A DNA stretch of 64,000 nt from Minisyncoccota bacterium (GCA_041664285.1 JBAYLA010000001.1:227-64226), one strand, 5' to 3'; counted from the stretch's first letter, positions 48,672 through 58,747 are shown. Program-made: numbers and translations. Notes: a model not told the origin generated them from the sequence alone.

Positions 48672-49520
48672 ATGAAAATAATTGATGGAAAAAAAATAAG
48701 AGACGAAATTTTAGCTAAAGTGAAAAAAGAAATAGCCAATCTTTCTTTTAAGCCGGTTTTTTGTGATGTATTAGTGGGGGAGGATCCTGTGTCAGCTCAA
48801 TACGTACGCATGAAAGCACGTATGTCAGAGTCGGTGGGTATTAAATTTCAAAGCGCATCTTTTCCCTCGGATATTACTACAGAAGATTTAGTTAAAGAAA
48901 TAAAGATTTTAAATAAAGTAGAAAATATGTGTGGAATTATTATTCAACTCCCATTACCTGCATCTTTAGATCAAAGGCGTATATTAGACTCAATAGATTC
49001 CAAACTGGACGTGGATTGTCTTGGAAGTGTTGCTAGTGAAAAGTTTTATAATGGAGACTTTACTATTATTTTTCCGACAGCTCTTGCTTGTATGCAAATG
49101 CTTGATTCTTTAAATTTAGATTTGAAAGATAAAAAAATAATAATAATTGGCAAGGGTGAACTTGTGGGTCGTCCAGTTAAGAAATTATTAAATGCAAGGA
49201 ATTTAGAAACATTTGTCATTGATAGAAAAACTGAAGAAAATGAAAGAATAAAAAGATTTAAAGAGGCTGATGTTATTATTTCTGCTACAGGGAAAGGGAA
49301 GTTGATAAATGGTAATATGATAAAGAAAGGTGCAATTTTAATTGATGCAGGAACTTCTGAGTCAGGGGCTGGTATTGTGGGAGATATTGACTTAGATTCT
49401 GTTTCGGAGGTAGCGGGCTATGTTTCACCTGTGCCTGGAGGGGTAGGGCCGGTCACAGTCGCAATGCTCCTTAATAATGTATTAATCGTAGCGAAGTCTC
49501 TTGTAAAATCAAATGAATAA
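48672..49520 (+). CDS. folD: bifunctional methylene-THF dehydrogenase/methenyl-THF cyclohydrolase FolD
   Basis: MKIIDGKKI... N-terminus. PVPGGVGPVTVAMLL C-terminal signature. The ORF track starts upstream at 48645. Confidence 0.85.
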   Translation: MKIIDGKKIRDEILAKVKKEIANLSFKPVFCDVLVGEDPVSAQYVRMKARMSESVGIKFQSASFPSDITTEDLVKEIKILNKVENMCGIIIQLPLPASLDQRRILDSIDSKLDVDCLGSVASEKFYNGDFTIIFPTALACMQMLDSLNLDLKDKKIIIIGKGELVGRPVKKLLNARNLETFVIDRKTEENERIKRFKEADVIISATGKGKLINGNMIKKGAILIDAGTSESGAGIVGDIDLDSVSEVAGYVSPVPGGVGPVTVAMLLNNVLIVAKSLVKSNE

Positions 49521-50049
49521 TCAAATCTTTTTATTTTTTTATAATCTAGCCCATCAGTCAAAAATTTTTGATAGTTTGATAATCTTTTTCGCTGTTTACT
49601 TCCCATATATTGTAGTTATTCTAATAGGACTTTTTTTGCTTTTTCATCATGAAGTTTTAAAAGCAGAAGAGCCTTTTCAGGTTTTAATGGAGAAAAAGAA
49701 AGAAATATTTTTTATTGTATTTTCTGGCGTTTCGGCTTGGGTTGTGGCTGTGATTTTAAAAAATTTATTTCACGTATCAAGACCGTTTTTAACATTACCG
49801 GATATCCATCCTCTTTTTATGAAAACTACCTTTTCTTTTCCTTCTGAACATGCTATGTTTTTTTCCGCATTAGCTTTTTCAATTTTTTTCCTACATAAAA
49901 AAGCCGGTTATATTTTTATGTTTTTTGTTTTAATTATTGGTCTCTCGCGTATTGTCTCTGGAGTACATTTTCCAGCTGATATTTTTGGCGGATTTATCCT
50001 TGGTTTTCTATTAGTATATTTTATTAATTTTTTCCGTAATTCTAAATGA
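49513..50049 (+). CDS. PAP2-family phosphatase (BcrC/PgpB-like)
   Basis: All three PAP2 motifs are present: KxxxxxxRP (FHVSRPF), PSGH (FPSEHA) and SRxxxxxHxxxD (SRIVSGVHFPAD). Confidence 0.7.
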   Translation: MNNQIFLFFYNLAHQSKIFDSLIIFFAVYFPYIVVILIGLFLLFHHEVLKAEEPFQVLMEKKKEIFFIVFSGVSAWVVAVILKNLFHVSRPFLTLPDIHPLFMKTTFSFPSEHAMFFSALAFSIFFLHKKAGYIFMFFVLIIGLSRIVSGVHFPADIFGGFILGFLLVYFINFFRNSK

Positions 50050-50624
50050 TTTTATCTTTGATAGAAAGTTTGGGATTGTTGGGTATTTTTTTTGTCGTCT
50101 TTGCTGAGTCGGGTCTTTTTTTTGGTTTCTTTTTCCCTGGTGACTCTCTTTTATTTAGTGCTGGACTTTTAGCTTCAGCAGGCTATTTTAATATATTTTA
50201 TTTATTTGTTGGATCATTCATTTGTGCGGTGTTAGGGGACAGTATTGGATACTGGACAGGTAAGAAATTAGGTCCAAGAATTTTTTCTAAACCAGATTCA
50301 TTTTTTTTCAATAAAAATAATTTAGATAAAACTGCCAAATTTTATGACAAATATGGTAAGAAAACAATAGTGCTGGCACGTTTTGTTCCCATTGTTAGGA
50401 CATTCGCTCCGATCTTGGCTGGTGTTGGGAAGATGCATTATAAAAATTTCATCTTTTATAATGTCTTAGGTGGCTTTCTATGGACATTTATCATTATCTT
50501 TAGTGGATATTTTTTAGGAAATTCTATTAAAAATATTGATCAATATATATTACCTATTACGGCTGCAATAATATTTTTGTCTTTAATACCATTTTTTACA
50601 GAATTTATAAAAAGAAAAAATTAA
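50046..50624 (+). CDS. DedA-family membrane protein
   Basis: FFPGDSLLFSAG is the DedA signature. 192 aa. Overlaps the PAP2 gene by 4 nt. Confidence 0.75.
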   Translation: MILSLIESLGLLGIFFVVFAESGLFFGFFFPGDSLLFSAGLLASAGYFNIFYLFVGSFICAVLGDSIGYWTGKKLGPRIFSKPDSFFFNKNNLDKTAKFYDKYGKKTIVLARFVPIVRTFAPILAGVGKMHYKNFIFYNVLGGFLWTFIIIFSGYFLGNSIKNIDQYILPITAAIIFLSLIPFFTEFIKRKN

Positions 50625-50714
50625 TGTATACCCCCACACTTAATTTTTTATTTTCAATATAAGCTTGTTTTTGTTGACTTTTTAAGTGTGGGGGTATAGA
50701 ATATTCTTATCTTT

Positions 50715-52079
50715 ATGTGGAAGAAAATAGTTTTAGCTTTAATAATACTTGTTTTAGGTGGGGGAATAGCCCTTTTTGTTTTTAAGTCTGAGCCTCGATT
50801 AAATAAAAATTTTTCTACTACATATTCATTTCTTAAAAATCATCCTTTTCGTCTTGGGCTTGATCTCTCAGGTGGTACTCATTTAATATACAAAGCGGAT
50901 ATTTCAGCAGTTCCAGCTGGTCAAGTTGGGGATTCAATGAACGCACTTCGTGATGTTATTGAAAGACGTGTAAATCTTTTTGGAGTTTCTGAGCCAGTTG
51001 TGCAAGTGCAACATGGCGGATTGGTTTCTGGATCAACAGGAGAGCGGTTAATCGTTGATCTTCCTGGGGTGACTGATGTTAAACAAGCAATAGAGATGAT
51101 CGGACAAACTCCACTGCTTGAATTTAAAACTGAAGCGCCTACTGGGACTCCTCAAAATGCAACAGTCGACAAAGATGGCAAGGTTACTTTAGATATGAGC
51201 TCTCAGTTTGTTTCTACAGAATTAACTGGAAGATATTTACAAAAAGCAATTTTAGAATTTGACACAAGTACTCGTGAACCAAAAGTAAGTTTACAATTTA
51301 ATGATGCGGGGACGAAACTCTTTGCAGAGATTACTAAAAATAATGTTGGGAAAATGGTAGCGATTTATCTGGACGGTGCTCCTATTTCTACTCCAGTTGT
51401 TCGAGAAGAAATTCCTAATGGTCAAGCCGTTATTTCTGGAAGTTTTACCCCCACTGAAGCAAAGTTATTAGTCGGTAGACTTAATTCTGGAGCTCTGCCT
51501 GTGCCTATTACTCTTCTTTCTACTCAAACAATTGGTGCTATCTTAGGGGATAGTGCAGTAAATGCTGGAGTTAAAGCTGCTCTTATTGGATTTTTATTGG
51601 TGGTTATTTTCCTTATTCTTTTATACCGTTTACCTGGATTAATAGCTTCTCTTTCTCTTTGTATTTTTATTTCTATCATATTGGCACTTTTTAAATTAAT
51701 GCCTGTTACCTTAACGGCGGCTGGTATTGCAGGGTTTATAATTTCTATAGGAATAGCTGTTGATGCTAACGTACTTATTTTTGAACGTATTAAAGAAGAA
51801 TTGCGTTCTGGTCAGACTATTCATGATTCAATTTCTGCAGGTTTTTCTCGGGCTTGGTTTTCTATTCGAGATTCAAATATTTCTAATTTTATTACTGCCA
51901 TTATTCTTTTTTGGTTTGGCACATCTTTAATAAAAGGCTTTGCTTTGACACTTGGAATGGGAGTGATTATATCAATGTTTAGTGCTATTACCATTACTAG
52001 AATTTTCTTAGGAGTGTTTAGTTTTATTGGAGAGGGAAAAGTTGCTCGATTTTTATTTAATTCTGGTCTTGCTAAATAA
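50715..52079 (+). CDS. secD: protein-export membrane protein SecD
   Basis: N-terminal TM helix, periplasmic domain (LGLDLSGG), and a C-terminal 6-TM SecD/F domain. Confidence 0.85.
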   Translation: MWKKIVLALIILVLGGGIALFVFKSEPRLNKNFSTTYSFLKNHPFRLGLDLSGGTHLIYKADISAVPAGQVGDSMNALRDVIERRVNLFGVSEPVVQVQHGGLVSGSTGERLIVDLPGVTDVKQAIEMIGQTPLLEFKTEAPTGTPQNATVDKDGKVTLDMSSQFVSTELTGRYLQKAILEFDTSTREPKVSLQFNDAGTKLFAEITKNNVGKMVAIYLDGAPISTPVVREEIPNGQAVISGSFTPTEAKLLVGRLNSGALPVPITLLSTQTIGAILGDSAVNAGVKAALIGFLLVVIFLILLYRLPGLIASLSLCIFISIILALFKLMPVTLTAAGIAGFIISIGIAVDANVLIFERIKEELRSGQTIHDSISAGFSRAWFSIRDSNISNFITAIILFWFGTSLIKGFALTLGMGVIISMFSAITITRIFLGVFSFIGEGKVARFLFNSGLAK

Positions 52080-52110
52080 TTTTATAATTTAAAAAATTTT
52101 CAATCAAACT

Positions 52111-53031
52111 ATGTTTATAATAAAATACAAAAAAATATTTATCGGTATATCAGTAGCACTGGTCGCTTTTTCGTTACTTTCTATGATTGTATTTGGATTT
52201 AATGTTGGTATTGATTTTAAAGGTGGAGCATTGACGGAAGTTGTTTATAAAACAGAGCGTCCCGCTCAAGATACTTTAGATAAGTCTTTAATCGCTCTTG
52301 GTTTTGGTTCTGTTGTTCTTCAGCCAACAGGGGATTTAGGTTATATTGTAAAAACTCGTGATTTGAGCGATCAAGAACATACCACTTTATTGCAAACACT
52401 TTCGCAGAACAGTACTAATCCTCTTACAGAAATGAGTTTCAATTCTGTTGGGCCAACAGTTGGCCAAGAACTTACTAGAAAAGCAATTTTGGCAATTATT
52501 TTAATTTCTTTGGCTATTATTTGCTTTATTGCTTTTGCTTTTAGAAAAGTTTCTAAACCAGTTTCTTCTTGGAGATATGGTCTCATTGCAATAGTTTCAC
52601 TTTTACATGATGTAGTGATACCTATTGGATTATTTGTTATACTTTCCCATTATTATGGAGCAGAGTTGGATACTCTTTTTGTGGTAGCAGTTCTTACTAT
52701 CTTAGGTCTTTCTGTTTCAGATACGATAGTTATTTTTGATCGAATCAGAGAAAACCTAAGAAATCAAAACACTATAGCTAAAGTAAATTTTGGTGAAATA
52801 GTTGGTAAAAGCTTAGAGCAATCATATGTCCGATCTATTTGTACTTCGTTGACTGTTATTTTGGTGTTGCTGGCATTATTCTTCTTTGGTCCCGTATCTA
52901 CTAGATATTTTGCTCTTATGCTTACAGCTGGAATGTTTTTTGGAACATATTCTTCAATTTTCTTAGCTTCACCATTGCTGGTCTTAGTAGAAGAGTGGCA
53001 GAAGAAACCTGCTCGCAATACTAAAGCATAA
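52111..53031 (+). CDS. secF: protein-export membrane protein SecF
   Basis: GIDFKGG motif and a C-terminal SecD/F TM domain. Immediately follows secD. Confidence 0.85.
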   Translation: MFIIKYKKIFIGISVALVAFSLLSMIVFGFNVGIDFKGGALTEVVYKTERPAQDTLDKSLIALGFGSVVLQPTGDLGYIVKTRDLSDQEHTTLLQTLSQNSTNPLTEMSFNSVGPTVGQELTRKAILAIILISLAIICFIAFAFRKVSKPVSSWRYGLIAIVSLLHDVVIPIGLFVILSHYYGAELDTLFVVAVLTILGLSVSDTIVIFDRIRENLRNQNTIAKVNFGEIVGKSLEQSYVRSICTSLTVILVLLALFFFGPVSTRYFALMLTAGMFFGTYSSIFLASPLLVLVEEWQKKPARNTKA

Positions 53032-53067
53032 CTGTTGCAGGTTGGAAATAAGTGTTACAATACAAAT

Positions 53068-53619
53068 ATGATGTATCTTTTAATAATTTTAGGAGTTCTA
53101 GTTTTACTATTAATCTTTGTTTTTAATCGTTTTGTTTCTCTTCGTAACCGAGCAAAAGAAGCTTGGGCGGATATTGAAGTGCAGTTGAAGCGTCGATATG
53201 ATTTAATTCCAAATTTAGTAAGTACAGTTAAAGGATATGCCACTCACGAATCTAGTGCTTTTGAGAATGTCACTAAAGCACGAACAGCTGCGATGGGGGC
53301 TCCTGCTAATTTGGTGGACAAAGGGCAAGCGGAGAATATGCTCACTGGAGCCTTAAAATCTGTTTTTGCTATTGCTGAAGCTTATCCAGATTTAAAAGCT
53401 AATCAGAATTTCTTAGCACTTCAAAATGAACTTTCAGATACAGAAAATAAAATTCAGGCTGCTCGAAGATTCTACAATACTAATGTTCGAGATTTGAACA
53501 TTTCTATTGAAAGTTTTCCAGGTAATCTTATCGCTCCTATATTTAATTTCTCTAAAATGGAATTTTTTGATCTTCCTGACAATGATGTTGCGCAGAATTC
53601 TGTCGAAGTGAAGTTTTAA
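53068..53619 (+). CDS. lemA: LemA-family protein
   Basis: N-terminal TM helix, then RNRAKEAWADIEVQLKRRYDLIPNLV (LemA signature). The ORF track starts at 53035; MMYLL at 53068 fits a TM-first start. Confidence 0.7.
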   Translation: MMYLLIILGVLVLLLIFVFNRFVSLRNRAKEAWADIEVQLKRRYDLIPNLVSTVKGYATHESSAFENVTKARTAAMGAPANLVDKGQAENMLTGALKSVFAIAEAYPDLKANQNFLALQNELSDTENKIQAARRFYNTNVRDLNISIESFPGNLIAPIFNFSKMEFFDLPDNDVAQNSVEVKF

Positions 53620-53637
53620 AAAACTTAATTTTTATCT

Positions 53638-54915
53638 ATGATTAACGATCAATTATTAAGTTATGTTAAACAACAGCTATCTCTTAATGTGGGAAGAGAA
53701 GTAATTACCTCTAATTTAAAATCTCAAGGCTGGACAGACGACGACGTTAATGAAGCTTTTAGAGCTATCATGCCTGTTTCTGTACCAACATCTGTTCCAA
53801 CTCCTCTTGTAGTTTCTTGTGTGAATCCAAATTTAACACAAATACAAACTAATTTTTCTAATACAACACATATCAAAAGTAAAAAAATATTTTTTATAGT
53901 TATTATTATATTAATTTTACTTTGTATGGCTGGCGGAGGGGCATATGCGTATTATTCGGGAGTTTTCGTGTCGCTTCCAAAGCTTGTTTCTGAGGCTATT
54001 GATAAAACTAGGGTTGTTAATAGTGCTAATTATGACACCACTGTTAGTATTGATTTTTCAGAAGTTAAAAGTGCTGCAACTTTGCTTCCTGTAGGTCTTT
54101 CTTCTAATAAAGTTATTTTTACCACAAAAGGGTCTTATGATATTTCTGATAAAAATAATCTAAAAAGTTCAATGATTCTTTCTATCGACGGAGGCGATGT
54201 TTCTATAGCAGCTGAGTTTCGGATGTTAAACGATACTCTGTATGGAGCCCTTACTAAGGTTCCTTCTGCTGTAACTTTATTTTTACCGATGATTTCTTCA
54301 TATGAAAATAAATGGTTTTCGGTTCCATTCAAGTCAACAAATGGTCAAGCCGTAGATAATCCGATTGCTTCATTTTCTAATATTGACATAAGTGTTGTTG
54401 ATAAAATAACACCAGAACAAGAAGAACGTTTATACCAGATGACTCGCGATGCTAGTTTTATAAAAGTAGTAAAAAGGTTTTCTCCGGAGACAATTACTGG
54501 TGAAATGTCCTATCATTTTACTTTTGACCTTGATCGAGAAGGAATTAGTTCATATCTGCAGTCATTAAAAGATTATATTAACTCTGTAGGTAAAAACGAC
54601 TCTTCTTTGTCTGCTTTTGATCCAACATCCTTTGATAAAGAATTAGATAATTTAAAAGATTTTACAGGAGAAATATGGATTGGTCGCAACGATAAATTAT
54701 TACATAAAATTGTTTTGAATTTTGGAATTCAACTTGATCCCACAAAAAACGAACAAGTAAAAGTAAGCATTGTGGGTATTATGAGTGGCTGGAATCAGCC
54801 TGTATCAATTACTGCTCCAGCTGAGAGCACTCCTTTTGCTGATTTAATATCTACTTTGTTTAACCCAAGCCAACTACCAGTGAAAGAAATACAGAAGAAG
54901 TCAATAAAAAAATAA
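53638..54915 (+). CDS. membrane-anchored hypothetical protein with N-terminal ~45-aa cytoplasmic domain
   Basis: LLSYVKQQLSLNVGREVITSNLKSQGWTDDDVNEAFRAI, then Pro/Val linker, TM helix, and ~300-aa extracytoplasmic region. Confidence 0.45.
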   Translation: MINDQLLSYVKQQLSLNVGREVITSNLKSQGWTDDDVNEAFRAIMPVSVPTSVPTPLVVSCVNPNLTQIQTNFSNTTHIKSKKIFFIVIIILILLCMAGGGAYAYYSGVFVSLPKLVSEAIDKTRVVNSANYDTTVSIDFSEVKSAATLLPVGLSSNKVIFTTKGSYDISDKNNLKSSMILSIDGGDVSIAAEFRMLNDTLYGALTKVPSAVTLFLPMISSYENKWFSVPFKSTNGQAVDNPIASFSNIDISVVDKITPEQEERLYQMTRDASFIKVVKRFSPETITGEMSYHFTFDLDREGISSYLQSLKDYINSVGKNDSSLSAFDPTSFDKELDNLKDFTGEIWIGRNDKLLHKIVLNFGIQLDPTKNEQVKVSIVGIMSGWNQPVSITAPAESTPFADLISTLFNPSQLPVKEIQKKSIKK

Positions 54916-54919
54916 ATTT

Positions 54920-55138
54920 ATGGTTACTCCAGAACTTTTAGAATACGTACGAATAGGAATTACTCATGGTAAAACTCGTGAAGAAATTAATCAGGTATTA
55001 ATTTCTCATGGTGGGTGGAGCGAGGCTGATTTAAGTGAAGCATTTAGAACTGTAATTCCCATGCAGGGTGTTGTTCTTCCCAATCTTGTTGTCGAAGATC
55101 AACCAATAGGCAATTCTAATTTAACCAAGAAGGAGTAA
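54920..55138 (+). CDS. stand-alone paralog of the 53638 N-terminal domain
   Basis: ELLEYVRIGITHGKTREEINQVLISHGGWSEADLSEAFRTV aligns residue-by-residue with the N-terminus of the preceding protein. Confidence 0.45.
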   Translation: MVTPELLEYVRIGITHGKTREEINQVLISHGGWSEADLSEAFRTVIPMQGVVLPNLVVEDQPIGNSNLTKKE

Positions 55139-55144
55139 AAATCC

Positions 55145-56047
55145 ATGACAAACCTTTATACAGAACAATCGAATAATGTGTTGAAGACTTGGCTATTGAT
55201 GTCAATATTTTTTATTGTTGTTATTGGTTTTGGTTGGTTTTTTAGTTTTTATTATGGCAATCCTAGTATCCTGTATTTTTTTGTTATTTTTAGTATTTTA
55301 ATGAATATTTTTTCCTATTGGTTTTCAGATAAAATTGTTCTTACTTTAGCTGGCGCTAAAATTGCAAAAAAAGAAGATAACTTTAATTTATATACTACTG
55401 TTGAGAATCTTGCCATTACAGCAGGGCTTCCTATGCCCAAGGTGTATATTGTTACTGATAGTGCACCGAATGCTTTTGCTACTGGACGGAACAAGGAACA
55501 CGCAGTGGTGGCAGTAACTACTGGCTTGCTTGGCCTTTTAGATAAAACAGAACTAGAGGGAGTAATCGCACACGAACTTTCCCATGTTGGCAATAGAGAT
55601 ATGTTGCTTTCTACTGTGGTTGTGGTGCTTGTAGGTTTTATTTCTATCATTGCAGATATTTTTACGCGAAATTTATTTTTTGGTAATTTAGGAAAGAGTA
55701 GAAACAATGAAGGAGGAAGTAATGCTATTTTTATGATTATTGGAATTGTTTTATCTATTTTAGCACCATTAATCGCAATTTTGATTCAATTAGCTATTTC
55801 TAGAAAACGCGAATTTTTAGCTGATGCTTCTGGAGCATTACTTACTCGATATCCAGAAGGATTGGCGAATGCACTGCGTAAAATTTCCCAATATAGTCAG
55901 CCGATGGTTCATCAGTCTAGTGCTATTGCGCATCTTTATATAGCTGATCCCAAAGGAAATCAGCGTTCAAAATTTGGTAAGAAAATGATTGGTTTCTTTG
56001 CCACTCATCCACCAGTAGAAGAAAGAGTCAAGGCCTTGGTGGGGTAG
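55145..56047 (+). CDS. htpX: M48 zinc metalloprotease HtpX
   Basis: Two N-terminal TM helices. HELSH zinc motif (IAHELSHVGNRD). C-terminal TM helices and the ATHPP(V)EER tail. Confidence 0.85.
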   Translation: MTNLYTEQSNNVLKTWLLMSIFFIVVIGFGWFFSFYYGNPSILYFFVIFSILMNIFSYWFSDKIVLTLAGAKIAKKEDNFNLYTTVENLAITAGLPMPKVYIVTDSAPNAFATGRNKEHAVVAVTTGLLGLLDKTELEGVIAHELSHVGNRDMLLSTVVVVLVGFISIIADIFTRNLFFGNLGKSRNNEGGSNAIFMIIGIVLSILAPLIAILIQLAISRKREFLADASGALLTRYPEGLANALRKISQYSQPMVHQSSAIAHLYIADPKGNQRSKFGKKMIGFFATHPPVEERVKALVG

Positions 56048-56136
56048 AAATAATAGAAATATAAAAACTTATTTTTGCTATACCCGTACACTTGTTTAAA
56101 TTTTGAATAAAATAAGTGTTGGGGTATACTTTTTAT

Positions 56137-56409
56137 ATGGATATTAAAGATGTAGAAAACCTAGCGAAACTCGCGAGAATTGAGCTTTCCGAAGATGAAA
56201 AAAAGGATTTACTTCATGACATGGATAATATTTTGGGATATGTAAAGCAAATTGAGGAGATGAAAATTGAAGATGTAGGACAAGAACAAGGTGTCCATAA
56301 TATTTGGCGTGAAGATATTATAGAACAACGTGATTTTTCTTCGGAAATTATTGCGAAACAATTTCCTGATGCACATGATGGGTTTTTAAAAGTAAAAAAG
56401 ATTTTATGA
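56137..56409 (+). CDS. gatC: Glu/Asp-tRNA amidotransferase subunit C
   Basis: MDIKDVENLAKLARIELSEDEK resembles GatC. Immediately upstream of gatA with a 4-nt overlap. Confidence 0.7.
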   Translation: MDIKDVENLAKLARIELSEDEKKDLLHDMDNILGYVKQIEEMKIEDVGQEQGVHNIWREDIIEQRDFSSEIIAKQFPDAHDGFLKVKKIL

Positions 56410-57827
56410 TTAATTTAAATACTCTCACTATTGCTAAAGCAAGAGTGGCTCTTGATAAAAAAGTTTTTTCTGCGGTAGATCTGGCGAAAGTTTATTTAGC
56501 GGAGATTGAAAAGAAAAACAAAGAACTCAATGCTTATTTAGAAGTTTATGATGATGTTTTAGATCAAGCAAAAGAAGCAGATGATAGAATCACTAAAGGG
56601 GAATCATATCCACTCCTAGGTATTCCTCTGGCTATTAAAGATGTTATTTTAATCAAGGGTAAAAAAGTTTCTTCGGCATCAAAAATTTTAGAAAATTATA
56701 CTGCCTCTTATAACGCTACTGCAATAATTAAGTTAAAGAAACAAGGAGCTGTATTTCTCGGTAGAACAAATATGGATGAATTTGCCCTAGGAAGTTCGAC
56801 TGAAAATTCTGCCTATGGAGTGACAAAAAATCCTTACGACATCAACAGAGTGCCCGGAGGCACTTCTGGTGGTTCGGCTGTTGCCGTAGCCAGTAATATG
56901 GCGTTGGCTGCTCTTGGATCAGATACTGGGGGATCTGTGCGCCTACCAGCTGCTTTTTGTGGAGTAGTTGGAATGAAACCTACTTATGGAGGAGTTTCTC
57001 GTTATGGTCTCATAGCAGCAGTGTCATCTTTTGATGTCATTGGGCCAATTACTAAAACTATGGAAGATGCTCAAATTATATTTGATGTGATAAAAGGACA
57101 GGATATTTTGGATAGTACTAGTGTTCCAGATAACTTTTATAAAAAACTTTCTCCTAAAGAAGAATTAATTATTGGGGTACCTTGGGATTTAATAAATCAA
57201 GAAGGAGTTAATGCTGATATTAAGAAAAACTTTGAAAAAGTGGTAAAAAGTTTTGAGAATTTAGGTTATAAAATTAAAGATATTAAATTACCGAATTGTT
57301 TAGCTTTATATTACATCATTAATTTTGCTGAAGTTTCAACTAATTTAGCTCGTTTTGATGGTGTAAGATATGGTTTACGTAAAGATGGTAAGAATTTGCT
57401 TGAAGATTATTTATTAACCAAAGGTGCAGGTTTTGGTAAAGAAACTCGAAGAAGAGTTTTACTTGGAGCTTATGTGCTTTCGGCTGGATATTATGATGCT
57501 TATTATGGTAAGGCACAAAAAGCTAGAACATCCTTAAGAAAAGAGTTTAAAGAATTATTCTCTGGGATTGATCTTATTTTAACACCGACTTCTCCTATTC
57601 CGGCTTGGAAAATAGGAGAAAAAAGTGATCCACTTTCTATGTATTTAGCTGATATTTTCACTTGTACAGCAAACATTGTTGGCGTGCCAGCCGTTTCTTT
57701 ACCGTCAGGTTTTATAGAAATAGAAAGGACAAAATTACCAATTGGGGTTCAGCTTATGGCCTCACATGGTCAAGAGGATTTACTTTTTGAAATTGGTAAG
57801 AAATTTGAGTCTAATATAATCTTGTAG
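56406..57827 (+). CDS. gatA: Glu/Asp-tRNA amidotransferase subunit A (amidase)
   Basis: Amidase signature GGSSGGSAVAVAS and catalytic Ser-cisSer-Lys context. 473 aa. Confidence 0.85.
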   Translation: MINLNTLTIAKARVALDKKVFSAVDLAKVYLAEIEKKNKELNAYLEVYDDVLDQAKEADDRITKGESYPLLGIPLAIKDVILIKGKKVSSASKILENYTASYNATAIIKLKKQGAVFLGRTNMDEFALGSSTENSAYGVTKNPYDINRVPGGTSGGSAVAVASNMALAALGSDTGGSVRLPAAFCGVVGMKPTYGGVSRYGLIAAVSSFDVIGPITKTMEDAQIIFDVIKGQDILDSTSVPDNFYKKLSPKEELIIGVPWDLINQEGVNADIKKNFEKVVKSFENLGYKIKDIKLPNCLALYYIINFAEVSTNLARFDGVRYGLRKDGKNLLEDYLLTKGAGFGKETRRRVLLGAYVLSAGYYDAYYGKAQKARTSLRKEFKELFSGIDLILTPTSPIPAWKIGEKSDPLSMYLADIFTCTANIVGVPAVSLPSGFIEIERTKLPIGVQLMASHGQEDLLFEIGKKFESNIIL

Positions 57828-57871
57828 TAGAATTTTGAAAAAATTTCTCTACAAGGTATAATTCATTATAT

Positions 57872-58507
57872 ATGGAAACAGTTAATCAAAATAATTTACT
57901 ATCTGGCTCTTTCCTTGATTCTAAATTTTTTGATCCAATATATTTATTTAATCAAGGAGCAACATATCTTCACAATTTTTTCTCTTATATTTTTAGTAAC
58001 CAAGTAACAAATCTTGCAAAAACAGCTCTTTTCTTTTTGGCGATGTTTTTTTTGATAATAATTTTTTATACGGCTATTCGGTTGCTTGAAATTAGAGCCA
58101 AAGAGAAAAAACATTTAAAGCATGAAATAATGGAGTATGCTCACAATAAAGCTGAATATGAAAAACATTTGCGCGAAGAAGTCGGAGGTTCAAAAAATGA
58201 ACGTTGGAGCAAGACTCTTAGTTATCTTTTTTCTCAACATGCAAGTGATTGGAAGCTTGCTATTATTGAAGCGGATTCTATGTTGGAGAATTTGATGGAT
58301 CAATTAGGCTTTAGAGGTGAAACTTTGGGTGAAAGATTAAAATTAGCTAATCAAGATAATTTTCCTAATCTGACTATTGCCTGGGAAGTTCATACAGTTA
58401 GGAATAGAATAGCGCATGAAGGCTTGGCTTTTGAACTTTCACAACATGAAGCTAAAAGAGTAATTGCTTTATATGAGAGGATTTTCCATGAATATGGTTT
58501 TATATAA
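57872..58507 (+). CDS. hypothetical membrane-anchored protein
   Basis: One TM helix (LFFLAMFFLIIIFYTAI) then a charged helical domain. No motifs. Confidence 0.4.
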   Translation: METVNQNNLLSGSFLDSKFFDPIYLFNQGATYLHNFFSYIFSNQVTNLAKTALFFLAMFFLIIIFYTAIRLLEIRAKEKKHLKHEIMEYAHNKAEYEKHLREEVGGSKNERWSKTLSYLFSQHASDWKLAIIEADSMLENLMDQLGFRGETLGERLKLANQDNFPNLTIAWEVHTVRNRIAHEGLAFELSQHEAKRVIALYERIFHEYGFI

Positions 58508-58560
58508 AGTATTTTTTTAATTTTAGTTTGCTTTTTTTGTAATTTAGGGTAAAATCAAAA

Positions 58561-58584
58561 GGTGCCTGTTAGGGCATTTTTTTA
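58561..58584 (+). terminator. weak intrinsic terminator
   Basis: TGCCT-gtta-GGGCA hairpin (one G-U pair) followed by TTTTTTT. Confidence 0.35.
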
Positions 58585-58585
58585 T

Positions 58586-58640
58586 AGCGGGGTAGAGAAG
58601 AGGCATCTCCAAAAGGATTAATAGCGCGAATAACCTTAAG
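58586..58640 (+). pseudogene. tRNA(CAT) pseudo-fragment (partial tandem duplicate of downstream tRNA)
   Basis: AGCGGGGTAGAGAAGAGGCATCTC is identical to positions 1-25 of the tRNA at 58677. ATAACCTTAAG equals its anticodon 3' half. The middle is replaced by 20 unrelated nt and there is no T-arm. Confidence 0.5.
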
Positions 58641-58676
58641 GGTGCTTTGAAAATACTTTGTTTATATTATATTTAT

Positions 58677-58747
58677 AGCGGGGTAGAGAAGAGGCATCTC
58701 GTAAGGCTCATAACCTTAAGACTCACGTTCGATTCGTGACCCCGCAA
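58677..58747 (+). tRNA. tRNA(CAT), initiator-like (tRNA-fMet candidate)
   Basis: Hand-folded cloverleaf: 1:72 A·A mismatch, acceptor GCGGGG/CCCCGC, U8, D-stem GAGA/TCTC with A11:U24, D-loop AGAGGCA, anticodon stem TAAGG/CCTTA with loop CTCATAA, T-arm TCACG-TTCGATT-CGTGA. Confidence 0.55.
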
